Part shown: piece after piece, positions 37,420 through 48,978 of the stretch
Layout: the number at the start of each line of letters is the position of its first letter
Numbering within the stretch: the stretch's first letter is position 1
Assembly: GCA_030390025.1 (NCBI GenBank)
Contig: CM059432.1
Coordinates: 48,424,001 to 48,488,000 of the forward strand
Source of the DNA: Squalus acanthias
Lineage: Eukaryota
Direction: 5' to 3'
DNA length: 64,000 bases
The notes under the pieces: generated by a model
What the model was told of the DNA's origin: nothing
Seen by the model: the letters and a program-made list of their open reading frames with translations, nothing else
Databases searched by the model: none
Program-made: the position numbers and the translations under genes

Positions 37420-39577
37420 CATGAACGCATCACCACGGAAAGGATGGCAACCTCCTTGGAAAGGATGGCTACCTCCATGGTAAGGATGGCTACCTCCATG
37501 GTAAGGCTGGCTACTGTAGAGGAGAGGATAGCTATGGTAGAGGAGAGGATGGTTACGTCCCTCTCTCTCTCTCTCAGGCAGTCCCTCGGAACCGAGGATG
37601 ACTTGCTTCCACATTAAAAATGAGTTCTCAGGTGACTGATGAGTCCAATGCGGGACCTACAGTCTCTGTCACAGGTGGGGCAGACGGTGTTGAAGGGGCA
37701 GGTGGGTGGGGTGCTTGGGTTGACGTGCGCTCCTTGCGCTGCCTGCGCTTGGCTTCCGCTTGCTCCCGGCAAAGAGACTCGAGGTGTTCGGCGCCTTCCC
37801 GGATGCTTCTCCTCCACTTTGTGCGGTCTTGGGCCAGGGATTCCCAGGCGTCGGTGGGGATGTTACACTTTTTCAAGGAGGCTTTGAGGGTGCCCTTGAA
37901 GTGTTTCCTCTGCACACCTGGGGCTCTCTTGCCGTGCCGGAGCTCCGAGTAGAGCGCTTGTTTTGGGAGTCTCGTATCGGGCATGCGGACAATGTGACCC
38001 GTCCATCGGAGCTGATCGAGCGTGGTCAAAGCTTCGATGCTGCGGATGCTGGCCTGAGCAAGAACACTGACGTTGGTGCGCCTATCCTGCCAATGGATTT
38101 GCAGGATCTTGCGGAGGCAGCGTTGGTGGTACCTTTCCAGTGCTTTGAGGTGCCTGCTGTACATGGTCCATGTCTCTGAGGCATACAGCAGGGCGGGTAT
38201 CACTGCTGCTCTGTAGACCATGAGCTTAGTGCCGGGTTTGAGGTCCTGGTCTTCAAACACTCTCTTCCTCAGGCGACCGAAGGCTGCACTCGCACACTGA
38301 AGGCGGTGTTGGACTTCGTCGTCGACTTCTGACCTTGTTGACAGTAGGCTCCCGAGGTATGGAAAGTGGTCCACGTTGTCCAAGGCCTTGTCGTTAATTT
38401 TGATAATCGGGGGGCAGTACTGTGTGGCGGGGGCAGGTTGGTAGAGGACCTTTGTCTTACGGATGTTTAGTGTAAGGCCCATGCTCTCGTACGCTTCGGT
38501 GAAGGTGTTGACGATGGTTTGCAGTTCGACCTCCGAGTGAGCGCAGACGCAAGCGTCGTCTGCATACTGTAATTCGACGACAGAGGATGGGACGACCTTG
38601 GATCTGGACTGGAGGCGACGGAGGTTGAACAGTTTCCCGTTGTAAATTAGCTCCACTCCAGTGGGGAGCTTACTGAGGGTGAGATGGAGCATTGCAGTAA
38701 GGAAGATCAAGAAGAGCGTTGGTGCGATGACACAGCCTTGCTTGACCCCGGTTCGTACGTGAATTGGGTCTGTGGTGGAACCGTTGGTCAGGATCACGGC
38801 TTGCATGTCGTCATGAAGCTGGCAGAGGATGGTGACAAACTTTTGAGGGCAGCCGAATTTGCGGAGGACACTCCATAATCCCTCACGGTTGACAGTGTCG
38901 AAGGCCTTTGTGAAATCAAAGAAGGTCATGTACAGCGGTTGGTGCTGTTCCCTGCATTTCTCTTGTAATTCACGTGCGGTGAAGATCATGTCCATGGTGC
39001 CCCTTAGTGGGCGGAATCCGCATTGCGACTCTGGGAGGAACTCTTCAACCACTGGGAGAAGGCGATTGAGGAGGATTCTTGCGACGACTTTCCCTGTGGC
39101 AGACAGCAGGGAAACTCCTCTGTAATTACCGCAATCGGACTTGTCACCTTTCTTGAAGATGGTCACAATTACAGCATCTCTGAGATCCCCTGGCATGCTC
39201 TCCTCCTTCCAGGTAAGAGAAATTAGTTCATGAATTCGCACCAGTAGTGCTTCTCTGCCATGCTTTAGTGCCTCGGTGGGGATTCCATCTGCTCCTGAGG
39301 CCTTGTTGTTCTTCAGTTGTCGGATGGCCTTTTCAACCTGGGGTTGTGCTGAGATGGTGGCAGGTAGCATGCTGCGGGATGGAGTTGAAGACACTCGCGT
39401 CGAAGACAGAGTCGCAGTTAAGGAAATCTTCGAGGTCATGAACGCATCACCACGGAAAGGATGGCAACCTCCTTGGTAAGGATGGCTACCTCCATGGTAA
39501 GGATGGCTACCTCCATGGTAAGGCTGGCCACTGTAGAGGAGAGGATGGCTATGGTAGAGGAGAGGATGGCTACGTCC
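37420..39577 (+). repeat. 141-bp direct repeat (37420-37560 / 39437-39577) containing a 21-bp minisatellite
   Basis: Direct comparison shows 4 mismatches; the copies exactly abut both ends of the RTE. Confidence 0.95.
37561..39436 (-). mobile_element. RTE-clade LINE, 5' truncated, RT ORF open for about 580 codons
   Basis: KASGADGIP, QCGFR, GVKQGCVIAP, YADD and FPYLGS motifs; (GA)n tail. Confidence 0.96.
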
Positions 39578-40351
39578 ATGGAGGAGCTTAGTCGCCAGGG
39601 TATGGAAAACATGGTAATTGTTCAGAATAGACTGACATCTCTTGAGGAGCGATGGTCAGCTATTGAGCAAACAAACCAGACCTTCATGCAAGTCCTCTGG
39701 AGTAGGACTTCCAGTGCAGAAACGGGTCGTCATGGCCCCCCTGCAGTGCAGCAAGGTGCTGTCCAGCCACTTGCTAGCTCTGAAGTGGGGCTGACACATG
39801 AGAGGGATGTTGGTGGCATACAACAAGGAAGTGGGGGCTCCTCTCCAAGCGCTCACACGACCATGCCACTGCAGAGCCCTCGGTCAGAGCCCCACCAAAC
39901 TGAGATCGGCGTCTCAACCCCTGCACAGCCGCAGGAGCAGCAGACTGTTGCCGAGCCCTCACAGGTTCGCAACCCCAGAGGACGCCCGCCAAAGGTGTCG
40001 AGACAGGAGCAGCAAGAAAGTGAGCAAGGGGCCTCCACATCTGCTGAAGCACCACGTAGGAGCACGCGTAAGAGGAAGATAATGCACAAGTAGTCACAAG
40101 GATAGTCACTTGGGTGTAATGTTGTGTTTAATTTTGAAAAGCCATCAGTTGCTTATTGTCATAAAAAATTCTGATGGCAAACTGTTGCAGTTGTGGCATG
40201 TGTCATTTCGCTAATGGGACTTCCACATTGAGGGCTTAGGGCGACTTGCAATTGTCAGTATGGTGGTCAGAGTGATAGGAATCCGCTGGTCCTTGGCCAT
40301 TGTCGATGGTCTGATAAGAAGCTGCGAGGCAAAAGTGTTTGATTGTGCAGG

Positions 40352-40548
40352 CTAAGCAAATCTGGCCAAGATGAATGCGTCCCTTGCATCCCGGGCAGCA
40401 ATGTGGTCGCGCGTTGGCGCCTTCTGTCCTGTGCAGCTTCAGGTGGGTGAGCAGCAGCTTGGCGCTCCTGTTGTTGCTGCTGCTGTTGGTGCTGCTGTTG
40501 TTCATGGTTCTGCTGCTGCCACGGCTGGTCTTCGTCCGAATCTGATGT
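40352..40548 (-). pseudogene. Vestige of the Harbinger transposase gene (N- and C-termini only)
   Basis: Convergent to the Myb gene. Gln-rich SDEDQ..QQQQ..AAQDRRRQR is joined out of frame to HIAARDARDAFILARFA*; no DDE core. Confidence 0.55.
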
Positions 40549-43500
40549 CTAGGAGGAAAGGAAATAAATGGTTCCAATGCTTCTGGTATATGCCTCAGTT
40601 GAGGAAGCGCTCAGTCAAGGTGGCGAGAGGGGTTTCCCAGGAGGTCACACTGGACATGGGTGTCAGGCTCCAAACTTCCACAACAATGGGTATGCCTGTT
40701 AAAAGTTCCCCCAGACCTCAGACAACAAACTTCTGCCACCTGCAAATGATGATTGCTGAAAACTCCTTTTTAATGGTGGAGCTGCAGCTGTTAGTAAGCA
40801 ATCCACTCGTGAGGCCGCCAGGATTCACTGGCGTGTTCCAGAGGAGACGTGCAGGACGTGGGAAAAGTGGTAAAATCAGAAAGGCCTCTCAAAATGGGAT
40901 TATAGAGGCACTTAACTGGTTGTTAAGGGCCTTAAGGGCCTATCCCGCCTCTTGGAGGCGGGATGGAAATGGGGTCAGAAAACACACATTTAGGAAATTT
41001 GCTCGGAGGCGGGATCGGGCCCACCCGCCATTTTTTGCGATTTTACCACCTCACACGCTTCCAATCCCGCCTCCTTGGGCCTGGCAAAATCGAGCCCTAT
41101 CAGTCAGGAGAAGGGGGCAGGCAGGTAGTCAGGAAAGCCCCAGAGTGCATCTCACTCGACAACCGTTGGAAAATGGGGAAAGTGACGGTTCCTCTGGGGA
41201 GTGCAGCCAGAGCCAAGTTCACGGCACTGTGGGTGGCTCAGCTGCACAAGGGGGGAGGAGTAAGAGTGGAAGGGCAATAGTGGTAGGAGACTCAATAGTG
41301 AGGCGTGCAGACAGGCGTTTCTGCGGCCGCAGACGTGACTCCAGGATGGCATGTTGCCTCCCTGGTGCCAGGGTCAAGGATGTCACTGAACGGCTGCAGG
41401 ACATTCTGAAGGGGGAGGGCGAACAGTCAGAGGTCATGGTTCACATTGGTACCAACGACATAGGTAGAAAGAGGGATGAGGTCCTGCAACAAGAATTTAG
41501 GGAGCTAGGTAGCAGATTAAAAAGCAGGACCTCAAAGGTTGTAATCTCTGGATTACTCCCGGTGCCACATGCTACTGAGTATAGGAATAGGAGGATAGAG
41601 CAGATGAATGCGTGGCTAAAGAGTTGGTGCAGGAGGGAGGGCTTTAGTTTCCTGGATCACTGGGTCTGTTTCTGGGGAAGGTGGGACCTGTACAAGTCGG
41701 ACGGGTTGCACCTGAACCGGAACGGGACCAACATCCTTGCGGGGAGGTTTGCTAGTGCTGTTGGTGGGGGGGGGGTTTAAACTAACTTGGCAGGGGGATG
41801 GGATACGGAGTGGAGCTATAGTAGGAGGTGATGCACAGCCAAATATATAGAGGAAAAAACAAGTCAGTCTGGAAGGCAGAACAAATATGTAACAGCACAA
41901 GGGAGTATGGCAAGGCTGGATGGCATTTATTTTAATGCAAGGAGTCTTGCAAGATGAATTGAAGGTGTTGATAAACACATGGGAGTATGATATTGTTGCT
42001 ATCACAGAGACATGGTTGAGGGAGGGGCAGGACTGGCAGCTCAATATTCCGGGGTATAGAATCTTCAGGCGAGACAGAGGGGGGTGTAAGAGGGGGTGTC
42101 GCAATATTAATCAAGGAGTCAATTACTGCAGTAAGGAGGGATGATATCTTAGCAGGTTCCTCTAATGAGGCCATATGGGTAGAACTTAAAAACAAAAAGG
42201 GGGCAGGCACTTTGCTGGGAGTGTACTATAGGCCCCCAAACAGTCAGGGGGAGATAGAGGAACAGATATGTAGGCAAATCTCAGAGAAGTGTGGTAATAA
42301 TAGTAGGGGATTTCAACTTCCCCAATATTAACTGGGATAGTCAGAGTGTGAAAGGCTTAGAGGGTGCGGAATTCTTAAAGTGCATCCAGGAGAGCTTTTT
42401 GAGCCAGCCTGTAGAAAGTCCTACAAGAGAGGGGGCGGTACTGGACCTAATTCTCAGGAATGTAGCCAGGCAAGTGGTAGAAGTGTCAGTAGGAGAACAT
42501 TTTGGTGACAGTGACCATAATTCGGTGAGATTTAAGGTAGTCATGGAAAAGGACAAAGATGGACCGGAAATAAAGGTTCTAAATTGGGGGAAGGCTGATT
42601 TTAATATGATAAGGCAGGATCTGGCCAAAGTAGACTGGCATCAGCTACTTGTAGGAAAATCCACATCAGAGCAGTGGGAGTCATTCAGAAAGGAAAGAGA
42701 GTACAGCGCCAACATGTTCCTGTAAAGGTCACGGGTGGGACCAACAAGTCCAGGGAACCCTGGATGTCAAGGGATATACAAGAATGGATTAGGAAAAAAA
42801 GGGAGGCTTTTGGCAGATACAAAGGACTAAAAACAGTGGAAGCCCTAGAGGAGTATAGAAAGTGCAGTGGGGGGGCACTTAAAAAAGAAATTAGGAGAGT
42901 GAAGAGGGGGCATGAAAAAACACTGGCAGGCAAAATAAAGGAAAATCCCATGGTGTTTTATAAGTATATTAAGGGCAAGAGGATAACCAGGGAAAGAGTA
43001 GGGCCCATTAGGGACCAAAGTGGCAATCTGTGTGTAGAGCCGGAAGATGTAGGTGAGGTTTTAAATGAATATTTTGCATCTCTGTTCACTATGGAGAAGG
43101 ACGATGTAGGCATAGAAATCAGGCAGGGGGATTGTGATATACTTGATAAAATTAGCATTGAGAGGGAGGAGGTACTAGCGATTTTAGTGGGCTTAAAAGT
43201 GGATAAATCCCCAGGCCCAGACGAGATGTATCCCAGGCTGCTGTGTGAGGCAAGGGAGGAGATTGCAGGGGCTCTGACACAAATTTTCAGAACCTCTCTG
43301 GCCACAGGGGAGGTGCCAGAGTACTGGAGGACAGCTAACGTAGTACCATTATTCAAGAAGGGTAGTAGGGATAAACCAGGGAATTACAGCCCAGTGAGCC
43401 TAACATCAGTGGTAGGGAAATTATTGGAAAAAATTCTGAGGGACAGAATTAGTCTCCACTTGGAGAGGCAAGGATTAATCAAGGATATTCAGCATGGCTT

Positions 43501-45924
43501 TGTCAGGGGGAGATCATATCTAACCAATTTGATTGAATTTTTTGAGGGGGTGACTAGGTGTGTGGATGAGGGTAGTGCAGTTGATGTAGTCTACATGGAC
43601 TTCAGTAAGGCTTTTGACAAAGTCCCGCATGGGAGACTGGTCAAGAAGGTAAGAGCCCATGGGATCCAGGGCAATTTGGCACATTGGATCCAAAATTGGC
43701 TTAGTGGCAGGAGGCAGAGGGTGATGGTCGAAGGTTGTTTTTGTGACTGGAAGCCTGTGTCCAGTGGTGTACCGCAGGGATCGGTGCTGGGTCCCTTGCT
43801 GTTTGTAGTGTACATTAATGATTTAGATATGAATGTAGGAGGTATGATCAGTGAGTTCGCAGATGACACGAAAATTGGTGGGGATGGTAAATAGCGAGGA
43901 GGGAAGCCTCAGGCTACAGGACGATATAGACGGGTTGGTCAGATGGGCAGAACAGTGGCAAATGGAATTTAACCCTGAAAAGTGTGAGGTGATGCATTTT
44001 GGGAGGACTAACAAGGCAAGGGAATACACAATGAATGGTCGGACCCTAGGAAGGACAGAGGATCCTTGGTGTGCATGTACATAGATCCCTGAAAGCAGTA
44101 GGACAGGTAGATAAGGTGGTTAAGAAGGCATATGGGATACTTGCCTTCATTAGCCGAGGCATAGAATATAAGAGCAGGGAGGTTATGATGGAGCTGTACA
44201 AAACGCTAGTTAGGCCACAGCTGGAATACTGTGTGCAGTTCTGGTCGCCACACTATAGGAAGGATGCGATTGCATTAGAGAGGGTGCAGAGGAGATTCAC
44301 CAGGATGTTACCTGGGCTGCAGCGCTTCAGCTATGAAGAGAGACTGAACAGGCTGGGGTTGTTTTCCTTAGAGCAGAGAAGGCTGAGGGGGGACCTGATT
44401 GAGGTGTACAAAATTATGAGGGGCATAGATAGGGTAGATAGAAAGGAACTTTTCCCCTTAGTAGAAGGGTCAATAACCAGGGGGCATAGTTTCAGGGTAA
44501 GGGGCAGGAGGTTTAGAGGGGATTTGAGGAAAAACTTTTTCACCCAGAGGGTGGTTGGAATCTGGAACTTACTGCCTGAAAGGGTGGTAGAGGCGGGAAC
44601 CCTCACAACATTCAAGAAGCATTTAGATGAGCACTTGAAACGCCATAGCATACAAGGCTACGGACCAAGTGCTGGAAAATGGGATTAGAATAGATCGAGC
44701 TTGATGGCCGGCGCAGACACGATGGGCCGAAGGGCCTCTTTCTGTGCTGTATGACTCTATGACTATATTTTTGACCTTCTGAAACCTAGGTTCTCGAGTC
44801 TTTGTGCCAACTTGTTTAAAATACAAAATTACTCCAGCACCATCACCGCATCAATGGATTTCCGAATTGAATCCGCGCCCCATCCCCACCCCATATCTGA
44901 TGTTTTTGGAATAAAAGGAACATGAAGCAACTAAGACTGTATGGGAAATGTTCTGTGCCCACCCACCAGTCCCAACACAAGTGGAGCTGCAGACAGTGTT
45001 GATTATACCTCACCGTGGCACACAACTAGTCCATGCAGTGGCTTCTCTTACAAAAGGAAGCTGGAACAACAGACCAGATAGCACGGCTATGATATTTGAA
45101 TGCTTAACTTGGCGTATGTTTGAAATGGTAAAGGTGTTAGCATAGTTCAATAGTGATAACTTTGTCTAGACATCTGAATTTTTGATCCTCGGCAATGTAT
45201 CTATATCACATGTATGTTTTAATTTAAAAAGAGAAAAATATTTCTGACTTATATAAAATGTAACCATTATCAGTTTTAGTACATTTTCAAAATTAAATGA
45301 ATCAAAATGCAGTAAATCCACAGCAGCAGAAAATTACTTTGTGTCTAGTTCATATATAGTCAAGATAAGCATTTTTAATAAGTTTATAACTTTGCATTTT
45401 AATAACTTATATAATTAGCATTCAGAATAAAAGGTAATGAACAGATCTTAACTGCAAGGCCTAAAGATGAAAGAGCTTGTCTAGGAGCTCACATTCAGCC
45501 TCTAAATATTTCTGATGGGATTCATACAATACATACTGAATAGATTTGCTGAAACTGCACAAATTTAGAAGTGGAAATGAATATTAATTCTGTGATACAA
45601 ACTTTCTTCAAAACCAGCACTGTATTGCATTAGCTAATCCACTAGCCGTAATCTCGATGGATTGACTTCTCATTAATAATTAGGATTTTCAGCTTCAGCC
45701 AGGCATAAATCAATATGTAATTAAACTTTAAAAACCCCCACTTTGTTACAGTTTAATTTACAACGTAAAACATCTTCCTTTCTTTTACTAGAAAGGATGC
45801 AAAGATAACTTTGTCTCAGTTGTAATCTAACATTAGAATTTCAGCAATCATATTACTAAAAAATGAATAAATACAGTACTCAAATCGCTTGATCAGATGT
45901 CACTATACCAGTGAGCTTCAATTT

Positions 45925-46065
45925 TTAAAAATTCATTCAGAGGATGTGGACGTCGCCGGCAAGGCCGACATTATTGCCCATCCCTAGTTGCCCTTGAGAA
46001 GGTGAGCCGCCTTCTTGAATACAACTGAGTGGGTTGCTGGGCCATTTCAGAGGGCAGTTAAGTGT
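45925..46065 (-). mobile_element. SINE-like fragment sharing its 3' tail with the 26477-type LINE
   Basis: ttcaagaaggcggctcacc...gggatgggcaataa tail matches 27919-27975, but the upstream sequence is unrelated to the LINE. Confidence 0.65.
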
Positions 46066-46263
46066 CACATCACAATTCCCAACTTATTAAGCTACTTTTG
46101 GAACACCTCAATTCTGTTCTTCCTTATGCCTTTGGTTCCAATGTGACATTTAAATTCAGCCTTCCTTTCCAGAATCTTCTCCACTCGCTCAGTAACATAG
46201 AATTTCAGAGAAACTACAGCACAGAAACAGGACATTTGGCCCAACTGGTCGATGCCGGTGTTT

Positions 46264-48033
46264 ACATAAGAACATAAGAAATAGGAGCCCTTCGAGCCTA
46301 CTCCGCCATTCAATAAGATAATGGCTGATCTTCTACTACATCTCCACTTTCCTGCACTATCCCCATATCCCTCGATTCCCTTAATATTCAAAAATCTATC
46401 GATCTCTATCTTGAATATACTCAACGGCTGAGCCTCCACAGCCCTCTAGGGTAGAGAATTCCAAAGATTCACAACCCTCTGAGTGAAGAAATTTTTCCTC
46501 ATCTCAGTCCTAAATGGCCGACCCCTTATTCTGAGACTGTGACCCCTGGTTCTAGACTCCCCAGCCAGGGGAAACATCCTCCCTGCATCTACCCTGTCAA
46601 GCCCTGTAAGAATTTTGTATGTTTCAATGAGATCACCTCTCATTCTTCTAAACTCCAGAGAATATAGCCCCAGTCTACTCAATCTCTCCTCATAGGACAA
46701 TCCCCCCCATCCCAGGAACCAGTATGGTGAACCTTCGTTGCAATCCCTCTATAGCAGGTATATCCTTCCTCAGGTAAGGAGACCAAAACTGTACACAATA
46801 CTCCAGGTGTCGTCTTACCAGGGCCCTATATAATTGCAGCAAGACGTCGTTACTCTTTTACTCAAATCCTCTTGTAATAAAGGCCAAAATACCATTTGTT
46901 TTCCTAATTGCTTGCTGTACCTGAATGTTAACTTTCAGTGATTCGTGTACAAGGTCACCCAGGTCCCTCTGAACACCAACATTTCCCAATCTCTCACCAT
47001 TTAAAAAATACTCTGCTTTTCTATATTACCTACCAAAGTGGATAACTTCACATTTCTCCACATTATATTCCATTTGCCATGTTCTTGCCTGTCTATATCC
47101 TCTTGAAGCCTTTCTATATCCTCTTGAAGCCTCCTTGTATCCTCCTCACAACTTACATTCCCACCCAGCTTTGTATTATCAGCAAACTTGGATATATTAC
47201 ATTTGGTCTCCTCATCCAAATCATTGATGTAGATTGTGAATAGCTGAAGCCCAAGCACTGATCCTTGCGGTACCCCACTAGTTACAGCCTGCCAACCCGA
47301 AAATGACCCATTTATTCCTACTCTCTGTTTTCTGTCCGTTAACCAATCCTCAATCCATGCTAGTATATTAGCCCCAATCTCATTAGCCCTAATTTTGTTT
47401 AATAACCTCTTGTTTGGCACCTTATTGGATGCCTTCTGAAAATCCAAATACACCACATCCACTGGTTCCCCCTTACCTATTCTGCTCGTTACAACCTCAA
47501 AAAATTCAAACAGATTCGTCAAACACGATTTCCCTTTCATAAATCCGTGTTGACTCTGCCTAATCCTATTACAGGAAACTCTTTATTAACCGGCACCGAC
47601 GGGACCGGCGTGGTGCCGGTTGATCGAAAGTTCCAGATAACGGAGAGTTACATCTACCGAGGCTATTTTTAACAAAGAAAAATAAATAAATCAAGAAATG
47701 TGCAGTATACTTCCGACAGCGCCAGGAGGCCGAGTAGTGGCACTTTTGAAAACTACCCCTACTGACTAAATCGGCGTTCGCGGACTCGGACTCGGGATCG
47801 GCAACATTGCCGGTTATTTGAGAGGAGTTTTCGGAATACTCGGCGATCGCGGAGACTCGACTGCGACTCGGCAACATTGCCGGTTATTTGAGAGGAGTTT
47901 TCGGAGGATGATTTTTGCTGGTTAAGCGAGAATTCCGGATATTTGGGTGCCGGATAAACAAGAGTTTCCTGTATTTTCTAGGTGCCCTGTTACCACGTCC
48001 TTAATAATAGATTCTAGCATTTTCCCTGCTACT
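46264..48033 (-). mobile_element. CR1 LINE, 5' truncated, same subfamily as 10079 and 61804
   Basis: RT motifs and tail; interrupted by a MITE at 47572-47971. Confidence 0.95.
47572..47971. mobile_element. Tc1/mariner superfamily (pogo/Tigger-like) MITE, 400 bp
   Basis: TIRs CAGGAAACTC...CCGGCACC / GGTGCCGG...GAGTTTCCTG; TA TSD; internal tandem repeat. Confidence 0.88.
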
Positions 48034-48486
48034 TTACACTCCACATAAGCCTCCTCCCACTCTAATTACCTTTACATCTACCTAGCCCACATCCCTCTCA
48101 TGTATGCATCTAACCTCCCCTTAAATATGTCAAAGCTATCTGCTTCAATCACTCCATGTGCCAGTGAGTTCCACATTCTCTCCACTCGCTGTGTAAAGAA
48201 ATTCCTCCTAAATTCTTCATTTGATCTGCTATCTTATATTATCCCCTTCTATTCTCAAGTGGACACTGTTTATCCACATCCACTGTATTGAACCCCTTCA
48301 TAATTTTAAAGATCTCTATCAGGTCTCCTCTTTTCCAGAGAAAAGAACCCCAGCCTGCTCAATCTTTTTTGATAGTTGCATCTAGTCTCACCCTGGAATC
48401 TAGAAAGCAACAGTTGATTCAGAACTCTAGTTCGCAGCTGCAGAAAGGGCAAGCGATCCCCATATGATAAAATATCCCATAATTGA

Positions 48487-48978
48487 GTAAGGAGTGTGAT
48501 GGAATACTCTCCACTTGCCTGGATGAGTGCAAGAAGTTCGACACCATCCAGGACAAAGCAGCCCGCTTGATTGGCACCCCATCCACCATCTTAAACATTC
48601 ACTCCCTCCACCACTGGCGTACTGTGGCTGCAGTGTGTACCATCTACAAGATACACTGCAGCAACTCGCCAAGGCTTCTTCGGCAGCACCTCCCAAACCC
48701 ACGGCCTCTTCCACCTCGAAGGACAAGGGCAGCAGGCGCATGGGAACACCACCACCTCCAAGTTCCCCTCCAAGTCACACACCATCCTGACTTAGAAGTA
48801 TATCGCCGATCCTTCATCGTCGCTGGGTCAAAATCCTGGAACTCTCTACCTAACAGCACTGTGGGAGTACCTTCACCACATGGACTGCAGCAGTTCAAGA
48901 AGGCGGCTCACCACCACTTTCTCAAGGGCAATTAGGGATGGGCAATAAATGCTGGCCTTGCCAGCGACGCCCAAATCC
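48487..48978 (+). mobile_element. 3' fragment of the 26477-type LINE
   Basis: Near-identical to 27508-28023; A-tail. Confidence 0.92.

Larger units (their letters stand above)
36097..40093 (+). pseudogene. Harbinger Myb/SANT-like accessory gene (exons 36097-36336, 36656-36815, 36972-37560 plus 39578-40093)
   Basis: CAPRFDEPSLQALV...WLQVAQEVN...RTWLQCRKRFHDL; GT-AG introns; heptad coiled coil; C-terminal RRSTRKRK. One apparent frameshift near 36980 and an RTE insertion disrupt it. Confidence 0.85.
34701..41097. mobile_element. Complete-ended PIF/Harbinger-type element, non-autonomous
   Basis: Perfect 16-bp TIRs GGGCTCGATTTTGCCA / TGGCAAAATCGAGCCC; 3-bp TSD TAT at 34698-34700 and 41098-41100; contains a Myb/SANT gene. 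Confidence 0.92.
34221..44766 (+). mobile_element. Near full-length CR1 LINE (5' UTR, ORF1, ORF2, 3' tail) split by a Harbinger insertion at 34701-41097
   Basis: ORF1 N-terminal CxxC...CxxC plus leucine zipper at 34441-34700; SGNH esterase (GDS, GTND, DGLH) at 41100-41785; EN and RT motifs at 41907-44688 with frameshifts; (ATGACTCT)n tail. Confidence 0.95.

Noticed and set aside
37435..37560. Regular short repeats suggestive of a CRISPR array
   Set aside because: They are tandem 21-bp coding units with no unique spacers, in vertebrate DNA with no cas genes.
37628..39439. 603-aa ORF as an intact gene
   Set aside because: It is a 5' truncated RTE lacking the endonuclease; the ATG comes from the duplicated target sequence.
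40371..41780. 469-aa ORF that looks like a novel esterase fusion
   Set aside because: It is a chance in-frame join of antisense Harbinger end sequence, through the TIR, to CR1 ORF1.
47569..47877. Repeated small ORF MLPSRSRVSA... (also at 59080)
   Set aside because: It is an incidental frame inside a 400-bp MITE, and the two copies diverge in frame.
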